Part shown: one piece after another, positions 9,315 through 18,799 of the stretch
How the letters are laid out: every line of letters starts with the position of its first letter
Position numbering within the stretch: the first letter of the stretch is position 1
Source of the DNA: an uncultured archaeon
GTDB lineage: Archaea; Asgardarchaeota; Lokiarchaeia; Sigyniarchaeales; SOKP01
Reading direction: 5' to 3'
NCBI GenBank assembly: GCA_964632315.1
Contig: CAZWEM010000056.1
Location: 1-25,403, forward strand
Length of the DNA: 25,403 nucleotides
The notes under the pieces: generated by a model
What the model saw: only the letters and a program-made list of their open reading frames with translations
Told to the model about the DNA's origin: nothing
Database searches by the model: none
Made by a program: the position numbers and the translations under genes

Positions 9315-10304
9315 TTGAACATGATAAAACTTAACGTGATGCTGACTGGAGCATCTGGGATGGTCGGTAAGAAAATCCTTGAAGAATTAATACATAGAGG
9401 ATTATTTTCTATACGTGTTTTTTTGCGAAATTCAAAAAAGAATAGGAAACTAATGAGTTCTTTCGAAAATAATGAGGTCGAAGTTGCATGGGGCAATTTA
9501 GAAAATCCTGAAGAGGTTATTAAAGCCGTGGAAAATCAAGAAGTAATCATTCACGCCGCAGCACTACAACCTTCTAATAAAAATTATGATGAAAATAAAG
9601 TGCATTTAGTTAATGTTGTAGGAACTGAAAACATTCTGAATGCTATGAAAAAGCAAAAAAGTTCTCGAATAATTTATACCTCATCGATTTCGGTATATGG
9701 AGATCGATTGGAAAACCCAAATATTAAAATTACGGATCCTCTCATAAAATCTGATCACGATCCCTACGCAAATTCAAAAATAGAAGCTGAAAATTTAATT
9801 AAGGAATCGGGTATGGATTATCTCATATTTCGATTATCTTATTGCACGTCCACAGAAATGCTGAGATTTCAGTCGTTAATGTTTGATATGCCTCTTGACA
9901 CGCCAGTTGAAATAATTGATACAAGAGATGTTGCAAAAGCAATAGTAAATTCAATTCCACTTAAGGAAATCTGGAATAGGGCTTTCAATTTAGGAGGAGG
10001 TCCGAAATGTCAAATAATATTTAGAGAACATTTTAATGATATTATAGAGATTATGGGATTTGGGAGAAATCTTTTACCTGAAGAAGCCTTTGCTAAGGGA
10101 GGATTTCACTGTGGGTTTTATGACACAACAGAAGTACAATCTCTGCTTAAATTTCAAGATCATACCCTTCAAGACTTCTATGATGATATCCGAAATTGGA
10201 TGGGGATAAAAAGGTATTTTGTGCCATTAATGAAACCAGTCATAAGATGGTATTTATTAAGAAAATCAAAATACTATAAAGAGTTCAAGAAGAACAATAA
10301 CTAG
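9315..10304 (+). CDS. Extended SDR: NAD(P)-dependent epimerase/dehydratase or 3-beta-hydroxysteroid dehydrogenase-like
   Basis: Motifs TGASGMVG, IHAAA, VNVVGT, YTSSISVYG and catalytic YANSK. Confidence 0.88.
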   Translation: MNMIKLNVMLTGASGMVGKKILEELIHRGLFSIRVFLRNSKKNRKLMSSFENNEVEVAWGNLENPEEVIKAVENQEVIIHAAALQPSNKNYDENKVHLVNVVGTENILNAMKKQKSSRIIYTSSISVYGDRLENPNIKITDPLIKSDHDPYANSKIEAENLIKESGMDYLIFRLSYCTSTEMLRFQSLMFDMPLDTPVEIIDTRDVAKAIVNSIPLKEIWNRAFNLGGGPKCQIIFREHFNDIIEIMGFGRNLLPEEAFAKGGFHCGFYDTTEVQSLLKFQDHTLQDFYDDIRNWMGIKRYFVPLMKPVIRWYLLRKSKYYKEFKKNNN

Positions 10305-10306
10305 TT

Positions 10307-11209
10307 TTACCGTCCTTTTTTCTTAAACCAAGGTATGAGTCGGGATATTTCAGCTTTATATTCTTTATACGAGGGTTTTTTCATCATGTTCTTTTTCTCC
10401 ATTAATGGAATGCTAACCGTCAAAAATAATAATGTAATTGATAAAGGTCCTATAATGAACCACCAAAACTCAAGTGAAGTTGATAAATTGAAAACGTACA
10501 ACCCCCACCAGAACAGTATCTCCCCAAAATAATTGGGATGCCTTGAGATCTTCCACAATCCGGATTTAATGATTTCTAATTGAGAGCTTCGATGTTTTAT
10601 GAAGTTCCTTAGTTGTTGATCAGCTATGGTTTCAAAAAGAATAGCCGATAAGGTGATAATGAAAGCTATTATATCTAATATAGTTAAATGTTGATGATTC
10701 ATGTAAAATACAGTATATATTGAGAGAGTTCCTAAATATACTAGTATTGTTGGCATCAATTGAATACCAATTAAATTTACAATCCAAAATTTATTTCCAT
10801 TCTTGGTTCTAAGATCTTTGTATCTCCAATCTTCATGAGAAAGGCCCTTCCATTGTCGAACCCAATTAAAAGTCAATCTAATAGACCAAACTAAAATTAA
10901 GATTGTTACCACAATACTTCTTAACGATAGATTAGCAGAGTCGAACGCATAGAAGATATTAATTATCAGTGGAATTATACTCCAATACGGATCATACAAA
11001 CTTGCGTTCTTGAAAATCGTGCTAAAGATAAAAATTATAAATGTGCCGATTATATCAGCTAAAAATACAAATAGAAGGATAGGAAGGCTTGAACTAATGA
11101 TCCAAAAAAGAATTATGATAATAAATGCCGACAAATAACTAAAAAGACAAACTAAGTAGGATTTAATTAATGTTTTCTCAATTTTCATCATAAAACTCGT
11201 AAAATGCAA
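10307..11209 (-). CDS. DUF1295 / steroid 5-alpha-reductase superfamily membrane protein
   Basis: Motifs NASLYDPYWS, WSIRL, EDWRY, ETIADQQL and GLWKISRHPNYFGEILFWWG; polytopic hydrophobic pattern. Confidence 0.88.
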   Translation of the reverse strand: MHFTSFMMKIEKTLIKSYLVCLFSYLSAFIIIILFWIISSSLPILLFVFLADIIGTFIIFIFSTIFKNASLYDPYWSIIPLIINIFYAFDSANLSLRSIVVTILILVWSIRLTFNWVRQWKGLSHEDWRYKDLRTKNGNKFWIVNLIGIQLMPTILVYLGTLSIYTVFYMNHQHLTILDIIAFIITLSAILFETIADQQLRNFIKHRSSQLEIIKSGLWKISRHPNYFGEILFWWGLYVFNLSTSLEFWWFIIGPLSITLLFLTVSIPLMEKKNMMKKPSYKEYKAEISRLIPWFKKKGR

Positions 11210-11210
11210 T

Positions 11211-11969
11211 TTAGTATATGAAAGGTATTAACGCCTTTCGATTTTTAGGATAATTTGGAAACTTTTGTTGATACCATTGATGAGTGGAACGTGCTCGAGG
11301 TGCTAGATTAGCAAAAGTCCAAGCCACGAATAAAAGTCCTGCAAAGGACCATGTCATTGTTGCCCAACCCGCCCACTCGGTTATTTCACCCAAATAACTC
11401 GGACAACTTACGAACCTAAACATCCCACCATAAGGAATTTTATGCTCATTTTCTCCAGGAACACGTAAATTACGGATTATGTTATCAGAATGCATATTGA
11501 TGATGAATCCAATAATGAAAATAATTATACCAATTATAAACATTGGAGATAAGAACCAACTTATAGGATAAGGATTAGAAAGGGTATTAATCCATCTCGC
11601 TTGAAGATATGTATTTATTCCATTAAATATTAAACCAAAGGAAATGATTGCAACTGGCATTTGTGATGCTCCCCGAATTAAGAATGGAAATACGAAAGTT
11701 CTCTGACCATAATGTAGCATCCATACTGCTAAAAATATTATAGCAATGATGTTTGTTTGCCGATTTCCTATTAAAAATAGCAATAGATAAATTATTACTG
11801 TGGGAGCCTCCATTATAAACCATCCTAATTTATTACTTATACTTGGACCCCAACTTTTCCTAAAATGTTGTCCATATGGAGCAGTAACGAAAAAAAGTAC
11901 AATAAACACCCCTACCGCCGTGATTCCAAAAATTAACATTAGGAAATCAAATATAACTAATTCATCCAT
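11211..11969 (-). CDS. 3-oxo-5-alpha-steroid 4-dehydrogenase (SRD5A1/2 / DET2-like enone reductase)
   Basis: Motifs APYG, GWFIMEAP, HYGQR, NMHSD..LR, IPYGGMFRFVSCPSYLGEITEWAG, ANLAPRA..HQWY and YPKNRKALIPFIY. Confidence 0.92.
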   Translation of the reverse strand: MDELVIFDFLMLIFGITAVGVFIVLFFVTAPYGQHFRKSWGPSISNKLGWFIMEAPTVIIYLLLFLIGNRQTNIIAIIFLAVWMLHYGQRTFVFPFLIRGASQMPVAIISFGLIFNGINTYLQARWINTLSNPYPISWFLSPMFIIGIIIFIIGFIINMHSDNIIRNLRVPGENEHKIPYGGMFRFVSCPSYLGEITEWAGWATMTWSFAGLLFVAWTFANLAPRARSTHQWYQQKFPNYPKNRKALIPFIY

Positions 11970-12158
11970 AAATATCCACCGAATCTATCTAAAAATTCAT
12001 GAGAATTTGTTAGATTTAATTATTAATTAGCTTCTAAATATATAAATCTTTATTATTAGAAGTAAAGGGACTAATAGTGTTGTTAATAATAGCTTATTTC
12101 AGAAGAAACTGAACTCAATTGCGTGGTTTGTATTTTTAATTCACGACGGATTATTTAT

Positions 12159-12389
12159 TTAGTAATTTTGTTTTTCTGATTTACTTTTCGAATACCAATC
12201 TAACCATTCTTTCCGACGATTTTTTGCTTTTTGCATGTCATCGTCACCAGGGGATTGCTCAGAGCGAACAGTTTCCCAATAATGATCCAAGTCATATCGT
12301 GTTAATGAAAGACCGCAAGAGTTACAAACCATTTGCCTATTCATGGGATTGAATGTCATCTTGCCAGCACATTCAGGACATCTTGCCAT
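12159..12389 (-). CDS. Small zinc-ribbon protein (TFIIB-like C4 ribbon plus charged helical tail)
   Basis: CPEC-x14-CNSCG at the N-terminus of a stand-alone 76-aa ORF in an otherwise empty interval. Confidence 0.75.
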   Translation of the reverse strand: MARCPECAGKMTFNPMNRQMVCNSCGLSLTRYDLDHYWETVRSEQSPGDDDMQKAKNRRKEWLDWYSKSKSEKQNY

Positions 12390-12651
12390 ATTATAGACAC
12401 TCTTCTTTTCGTTATTTTTTAATTATCTCAATAAATGGAAATTAATTACTTGTAAAAAGATTATTGGTTTATTCAATAATTTCAATCTTTTCAGCAAAAT
12501 CTGAAATTAGAATAAAGGAAAATCAGATAAATAGCATAATTAACCGAAAAATTATACTCTAAAAGAAGTTCAATTTCCAATAGGTAACGAAATAAAAGGT
12601 TAGGTGGGTCTCTTTTAAGGTTTGAAAATAATTTGTTCCTAATGTCTCTAA

Positions 12652-12665
12652 CGAACTTTTATATA
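12652..12665 (+). promoter_or_regulatory. Candidate BRE/TATA promoter of the fused permease gene
   Basis: CGAAC-TTTTATATA about 45-50 nt upstream of ATG 12710. Confidence 0.4.
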
Positions 12666-12709
12666 GGTTATTTTTTTTCTTAACTTAACAAAATCCATAA
12701 ATTCATTTT

Positions 12710-14527
12710 ATGACAAAAATGAAAGAATATTTCAAAAATTTGCTAATTACTGTTTTAATCTTTCCGATATTATTATTCATTGCGTTAGTTTTCTCATTCA
12801 TGATGTCGAGGTTCTTTCCAGGAGATCCCGTTTTGGCGTACCTTCCTGAGGGAACCTTTGATATGACACAGTATCTACAAATGAAAGAAAACTTGGGACT
12901 TAATGATCCACTCATATTACAATTTATTAGGTATTCACTTAACATGCTTTCGGGTAACTGGGGAATATCAGAATCAATCTTAAAATCCGCACCTGTAATA
13001 GAATTAGTTTCCAAAACCTTACCTCGAACTTTTGACCTATTATTGATCCCTTTATTAGTGAGCTTAGTGATAGGGTTTTATATTGGTAAGATTTCATTAA
13101 AAAGAACAAATCTAACAAGTAGGGTGACTCAAATTGTTTCACTGGTGATTCTGGCTATACCAATTATGATAATTGGGATTGGATTTCAATTCTCTTTAGG
13201 TGGTATTTTTCCAATTCAGGGTTATAAATCTGTAGGACATAAAGATCCTCCTTTTGTAACTGGATTCCTTATAATCGATTCGATGTTGTCAGGTCAGTGG
13301 TTCTTTATTTCTGATTATTTATATCACTTAATTTTACCTTGGATTACATTAACGATTGTATTGGTTCCTTTTATAATTTTTCTCACTAGATCATTTTATC
13401 TAAACATATGGTCTGAACAAACTTTACATCTAAGATATCCTGTTTCCTCACTCTTAGCTACTGTCGCACTGGGTTATGGAATGGTAATGTCATTCTCATT
13501 TTTGGTTGATCTGATTTTTGGATTAAATGGTTTTGGTCAACTATTTATCAACTCAATTTATAACTCTGATTATTGGGTTCTAAATATGTGTGGATTCATT
13601 TTTCCTCTAATTTTCACTTTCTTAATGTCTGGAAGCATGCTCATTCTCACAATTTACAGTTATATCAAGGGCGATCGTTCAAATAATTTTAAATCAGAAG
13701 AAATGGAAAGGAAAGAAAAAGATTTAACAGTTAAAGACAATATGCCTCGAAGTTTATTGTTCCAGAACTTTAAAAGTGATATACATGGCCTTGGAAAAGA
13801 TTTACTCATAAAACTAAAATCACCGTATTCAATTATTGGGTTAGGAATTACACTTTTCGCAATTATTGTTATCATTTTTCCAAATCTTTTGACACCATAT
13901 TCATACGCGGAAGTAATTGGAGTCTCTTCTAATCCATTACATATCCTTGCAAGGATTGTATATGCATTACCCGTCTCACTTATTCCAGTTTTTATCAGTG
14001 CAGGTTTTAGTTTAATTGGAGGATTAATCATTGGCATTATATTTAATTTAGTAAGAACTCGATATAAACGATCATTAGATGGCATAATGATTCCGTTTTT
14101 TATGTTTCCCATAATATTTAGCGGATTTTTTAGTTCTCTAATGTTAATATCATTTTATATGGGCATGCAATTACTCTATTTAGGATCAATCTATGGGGTA
14201 ATATTAATACCCATCTTCACGCTAATCATTACAAAAGCTAAATATAATTTCGTAGCGGTTTTGAAACAAGTGATACCTTATATTCCATTAATGATGGGAT
14301 TCGTTTTAACGATTGATACATTTTTAGGATTTTTACTATATTCTACTACTGATCTTGGGGGTGTTATTTCTACAGCAAGAATGTATCTACCAATAGCACC
14401 ATGGGCTACTTTCCTTCCAGGATTGGCGCTTTTCGTTTTACTATTAGGTTTTTATCTTCTTTATGCTGGATTAAGACAGATTCCAGGAGAAGTTCAAGAT
14501 GTTCAAGAAATTAAGAGAGATATTTAA
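12710..14527 (+). CDS. Fused DppB/OppB-DppC/OppC-like ABC permease with truncated EAA loops
   Basis: DppB hallmarks: PGDP, LGLNDPLILQF, GNWGIS, LPRTFDL, TGFLIIDS, HLILP. DppC hallmarks: LTPY, ILARIVY, DLG, APWATFLPG, GLR. Confidence 0.82.
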   Translation: MTKMKEYFKNLLITVLIFPILLFIALVFSFMMSRFFPGDPVLAYLPEGTFDMTQYLQMKENLGLNDPLILQFIRYSLNMLSGNWGISESILKSAPVIELVSKTLPRTFDLLLIPLLVSLVIGFYIGKISLKRTNLTSRVTQIVSLVILAIPIMIIGIGFQFSLGGIFPIQGYKSVGHKDPPFVTGFLIIDSMLSGQWFFISDYLYHLILPWITLTIVLVPFIIFLTRSFYLNIWSEQTLHLRYPVSSLLATVALGYGMVMSFSFLVDLIFGLNGFGQLFINSIYNSDYWVLNMCGFIFPLIFTFLMSGSMLILTIYSYIKGDRSNNFKSEEMERKEKDLTVKDNMPRSLLFQNFKSDIHGLGKDLLIKLKSPYSIIGLGITLFAIIVIIFPNLLTPYSYAEVIGVSSNPLHILARIVYALPVSLIPVFISAGFSLIGGLIIGIIFNLVRTRYKRSLDGIMIPFFMFPIIFSGFFSSLMLISFYMGMQLLYLGSIYGVILIPIFTLIITKAKYNFVAVLKQVIPYIPLMMGFVLTIDTFLGFLLYSTTDLGGVISTARMYLPIAPWATFLPGLALFVLLLGFYLLYAGLRQIPGEVQDVQEIKRDI

Positions 14528-14623
14528 ATTATATTTTTTTTACTATTTTGATAATGAAATAATATTTTCTTATACAAAGTAATCTCTATCTTTATTTTTA
14601 AAAGATAATTTATTATACTCATA

Positions 14624-15847
14624 ATGAAGTCTGACGTATTCTATTTTACTGCAAGATCTGAGTCACATCAACAAAGTATGAGTAAAATTAAAGGTCCTTT
14701 AGCGCTAAAAAAGTTAAATTTTGAAGAAAATGTAAATAAAGGAGATAAAGTCGTCATTAAAACTCACTTTGGAGCGTTAGAAAATACGCGGTATCTACGA
14801 CCGTCCTATTTACGGTTTTTATGTGATTTTGTTAAAGATTTGGGAGGAAAACCATTCTTAGCAGAATCTTGTGGATGGGGACTCCCTGAAAGCATTTCTG
14901 GAATGCATACTGAATATAGTGGGAGAGCTAACGAAAAAGAGTATTTAGAAGTGGCATTAATGCATGGCTTTACAGAAGAAACAATGGGAGCGCCTATATT
15001 GATGTTAGATGGTCCAAACGGAATTGATTATGAAATTCAAAAAATAAATGGAAATCGATTCGAGGAAGTATTAGTCGCAGGTCGCCTTCGAGAATTCGAT
15101 AAACTCGTGCTTGCTACTCATTTTAAGGGTCATTCAGGGGCTGGTTTTGGAGGATCCATAAAAAATCTTGGAATTGGGTGCGTGAGTAAGGGTGGGAAGG
15201 TTCAAGCTCATATGGGAAAAAAGTTTGATTTCGATTTTAGTAAATGTTCTGAAGATTGTCATAAGTGCGTGGATGTGTGTCCTACAGGGGCTTTGTCTAA
15301 AGATGGCAATAAAATCTTAAAAATGGATTGGGATAAATGTCGGTATTGTTACATGTGTAAATCTGTTTGTGATAAAAAAGTGATAGACATTGGGAATTCG
15401 ACGGGGGAACAATTTATCACGCAGTTGGTGGATAATGCTAAAGGAGTTGTGGATTTTTTTGGAAAAGATCGCATATTTTATGTGAATTATGCAATTGATG
15501 TCACGTGGCAATGTGATTGTGGATCATCGGATGTTCCTTTTGTTCCTGACATTGGAGTGTTATCTTCAAAGGATCCTGTAGCATTAGATCAAGCTTGCAT
15601 CGATCTAACTCACAGATCATATTACAGTCCTAATTCGATTCTTTCTGAAGTTAAAAATCTGTCAAGAGATCAACCTCAAGAGTGGTTCTCCTACATTCCT
15701 AGATTTGATGAGGGAAATTTAGATTTAAACCCTAATGGCAAGATTTCTAAACATTGGGAAATTCAGCTGAAAGCTGCTGAAAAAGTTGGATTAGGGACAA
15801 GAAATTATAACTTAATTAAAGTAAAAATAGATTCGAATAAAAAATAG
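14624..15847 (+). CDS. DUF362 protein with inserted 2x[4Fe-4S] ferredoxin-like domain
   Basis: Motifs IKTHFG, THFKGH..GFGGSIKNLGIGC, CSEDCHKCVDVCP, CRYCYMCKSVC, CDC and DPVALDQAC. Confidence 0.88.
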   Translation: MKSDVFYFTARSESHQQSMSKIKGPLALKKLNFEENVNKGDKVVIKTHFGALENTRYLRPSYLRFLCDFVKDLGGKPFLAESCGWGLPESISGMHTEYSGRANEKEYLEVALMHGFTEETMGAPILMLDGPNGIDYEIQKINGNRFEEVLVAGRLREFDKLVLATHFKGHSGAGFGGSIKNLGIGCVSKGGKVQAHMGKKFDFDFSKCSEDCHKCVDVCPTGALSKDGNKILKMDWDKCRYCYMCKSVCDKKVIDIGNSTGEQFITQLVDNAKGVVDFFGKDRIFYVNYAIDVTWQCDCGSSDVPFVPDIGVLSSKDPVALDQACIDLTHRSYYSPNSILSEVKNLSRDQPQEWFSYIPRFDEGNLDLNPNGKISKHWEIQLKAAEKVGLGTRNYNLIKVKIDSNKK

Positions 15848-15915
15848 AAATTTTTTATAAAATAAAACTCATTTTTCTTATTCATACACAGGTTAATTTT
15901 ACTCGATTTATTTTT

Positions 15916-17445
15916 ATGGGGATAGAGAGAATTATGAAACTAAATCAAATTGAAGTACTTACGAAAGATGAGATTGAATTTATTCACTCATCCACTTTAG
16001 AGTTATTGGAAACAATTGGAATCAAAATTGATGATAAAAACACCCGAAATTTGTTTAAAGAATACGGAGCAGAAGTAGATAATGATAGTAGTTTTGTTAA
16101 AGTTCCTGAATCGTTAGTAGAAGAAAAACTAAAACAAGTTCCAGATTCTTTTAAGCTATTCGGTCCAGACGGGACATATAATGTTAAAATTAATACTAAT
16201 AGTATTCATTTTGCGCCAATTGGAGCAGCTGTAAAAATTTATGATCCATCTCACAAAAATCAGGTAAGAAAATCGAAGTTAAGTGATACAATTAAGCAAT
16301 TAAGAATTGTGGATCAATTAGAACATCTCTCATGTTCACAGATAGATTTTTGGCCAGGAGATGTGAAATATACTACAATTCATGCGGTGTGTATCTATAA
16401 TTGGGCTAAAAATAGTCATAAACCATATGGTCATGGCTGCTTCGGAAGAATTGTTAGTGAAGACTCGATAAAAATGAGTGCCATAGTAGCAGGGGGGGAA
16501 GAAGAGATTATTGAACGCCCAAGATTATTTGGAATTTTTAATCCGACAAGTCCTCTCCATTTGCCTAAAATTATGACTAATGGCTTGGAGGTATTTGCAA
16601 AATATAAACAACCTACTGTAATAGCTCCAGAAGCATTAGCGGGAACTTCAGCACCAGTAACCTTAGCAGGATTGTTGACTCAAACTAACGCTGAGATCAT
16701 AAGTGGTATTATCCTCTCACAATTATATAATCCAAAAACTCCAGTATTTTATGGCACGGTATCACACGTAACCGATATGAGAACAGGAAATTCTGCGATA
16801 GGTTCGATTGAAACTGGATTGATTACTGCTGGTATAGCTCAATTAGCAAAATATTATAATATACCATCAAGAGGCTTAGGAAGCGTGACAGATTCAAAAT
16901 GCTTGGATTTACAAAATGGAATTGAACGATTTAATACATTGATGTTTGCAGCATTATCGGGAATCAACTTTATTACTTGTGCTGGAACGTATGAAGCAAC
17001 TTTATCAGGAGCATTAGAACTAACAATTATAGATAATGAGGTAATAGGAATGGTTAAGAGGGCTTTAAAAGGAATTGATGTAAGTAAAGATACTATTGAT
17101 CTAAGGACCATCGAGAGTGTGAGTAAAAAAGAAACTAAGGGAACAACTTTTCTGAGTGAAAAACAAACCAGAGATTTCATGAAAAAGGAATTATTTATTC
17201 CCCAGTTAATGGATAGAAACAGAAGAGCAACATGGAAAAAAAAAGGTAGTAAAGATCTCATAATTCTAGCTAGAGAAAAAGCAGATGACCTATTAAACAA
17301 TTTCACGGAATATGACCTTCCCAAAAACATAGAAAATGAGTTGAAGGAATATATAGAAAGCGTAAATAAAAGAACTTATGACGATTATGCTAAACTAGAA
17401 GGCATTTCTTCCACAGAAGTATCACTCCCAGACAGTGAAAAATAA
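15916..17445 (+). CDS. Trimethylamine:corrinoid methyltransferase (MttB) superfamily protein, non-pyrrolysine type
   Basis: Motifs IHSSTLELLETIGI, PTSPL, AGTSAPVTLAGLL..NAE, DMRTG..GSIE, AQLAKYYNIP, TDSKCLDLQNGIE and IIDNE. No in-frame TAG. Confidence 0.9.
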   Translation: MGIERIMKLNQIEVLTKDEIEFIHSSTLELLETIGIKIDDKNTRNLFKEYGAEVDNDSSFVKVPESLVEEKLKQVPDSFKLFGPDGTYNVKINTNSIHFAPIGAAVKIYDPSHKNQVRKSKLSDTIKQLRIVDQLEHLSCSQIDFWPGDVKYTTIHAVCIYNWAKNSHKPYGHGCFGRIVSEDSIKMSAIVAGGEEEIIERPRLFGIFNPTSPLHLPKIMTNGLEVFAKYKQPTVIAPEALAGTSAPVTLAGLLTQTNAEIISGIILSQLYNPKTPVFYGTVSHVTDMRTGNSAIGSIETGLITAGIAQLAKYYNIPSRGLGSVTDSKCLDLQNGIERFNTLMFAALSGINFITCAGTYEATLSGALELTIIDNEVIGMVKRALKGIDVSKDTIDLRTIESVSKKETKGTTFLSEKQTRDFMKKELFIPQLMDRNRRATWKKKGSKDLIILAREKADDLLNNFTEYDLPKNIENELKEYIESVNKRTYDDYAKLEGISSTEVSLPDSEK

Positions 17446-17464
17446 AAAAGAAAAAATAATAATT

Positions 17465-18793
17465 TTATGAAGAAACCGTCAAATCTTTAAACGCGATATA
17501 AGGAAAATAAGAATCCTGACAATAGTCTCGTTCTTTCGATATATATAAACATTGTTTAACCATCTCTAAGACATTTCCACTGACATTTCCAAGTTTAATT
17601 GGATACTTAAATTCACCGTTTTCTATATAATATCCATTCCGAATTTCTGCTCCGAAAAATCCTTGTACCGGATTAGGATTAAGCCAAGAGAATTTTTGGA
17701 TATAATATCCTTTCTTAATCTCTGAAATCATTTCTTTTTTGGAGATCTCCCCAGCATCAATTACAAAATTACTAATTCCGTTGGATACAGTACCACCAGA
17801 AGAACGTGTTGCATTCCCTGTTGATTTCATATCTTCTAATAACGCATACTTATAATCATATAAACGATTTTTAAATATTCCATTATCGATTACTACTGTT
17901 TTTTGATGAGGAATTCCTTCAGCATCCCAGGGATTTGAATCTAAACCCCCTTCAAGTAATCCATCATCCATAAGGGTGAATGGATTACTCGCTACTTGTT
18001 CATCAACATTAAATTGTGAAATATTCTCGAAATGTGTTTTTGCTAGTGAATGGTTGCCAATAACGGGATTAATCGCTTCTCTTAAGACACTCGGTGGAAA
18101 TATAACAATGGCTTCCTTTTCTGGGTCGGGCACTTTTGCCTTCAAGGTATCACGAGCCATATTCGCCCATTCTTTAATTCTTTCCTTAAATTTTAAGTGT
18201 TCAATATTTTTATAATACGAAGCATCCCAGAACTCCGATAGGGCTCCATTTTTTTCAGCTTTTAATGACAGTTCAATGAAATATAATGTTTTTAAAGAAT
18301 CGAGATCGATATTATTGCTGTTTCTCAGGTAATTATGATGGATGTGAGCTCGAAATCTGCCGAATGGTGCTTCAATATTTTTTTGATCTGCACAAATTGA
18401 AATTAATTCTTCAACCAAATCATTCTTAACTGCAACAGGATTTTTAATAAGCTTATCTTCTGCAGTAATAATCTTAGGAGGATTGCTTGTTTCTGGAAAA
18501 TGGTATTCTGGCCCCGAATTTACATTTGATAGCTCTAGACAACGAGAGATGTTTCGCTCTATTTGTTTTGAATCAAGAGAATTTCCTCTTATGACTCCAA
18601 TACCTGTACCATTCTCACGTTGAGAAAGAATTCGGATAAAGTATTCAAAGTCCGTTATCTCTCTTTCTACATCGCGCGTATTCTTTAGGAGTATAGTTTC
18701 AAAAAGATTTTTCTCAACAAGATAAATTTCATATTCTTCAATCTTTTGGGATTTCAGAATATTCTCAATTTGATTTAATTTTTCATTTGTCAC
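17465..18793 (-). CDS. tldE: TldE/PmbA family protein
   Basis: Motifs DDG..WDAEG, IDNG, STGNA and NPVQGFF...GYYIENGE. Lacks HExxH. Lies directly downstream of tldD. Confidence 0.88.
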   Translation of the reverse strand: MTNEKLNQIENILKSQKIEEYEIYLVEKNLFETILLKNTRDVEREITDFEYFIRILSQRENGTGIGVIRGNSLDSKQIERNISRCLELSNVNSGPEYHFPETSNPPKIITAEDKLIKNPVAVKNDLVEELISICADQKNIEAPFGRFRAHIHHNYLRNSNNIDLDSLKTLYFIELSLKAEKNGALSEFWDASYYKNIEHLKFKERIKEWANMARDTLKAKVPDPEKEAIVIFPPSVLREAINPVIGNHSLAKTHFENISQFNVDEQVASNPFTLMDDGLLEGGLDSNPWDAEGIPHQKTVVIDNGIFKNRLYDYKYALLEDMKSTGNATRSSGGTVSNGISNFVIDAGEISKKEMISEIKKGYYIQKFSWLNPNPVQGFFGAEIRNGYYIENGEFKYPIKLGNVSGNVLEMVKQCLYISKERDYCQDSYFPYIAFKDLTVSS

Positions 18794-18799
18794 TTTTTA

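Noticed and set aside
15916-17445. Pyrrolysine recoding in MttB
   Set aside because: The ORF is uninterrupted, with no in-frame TAG.
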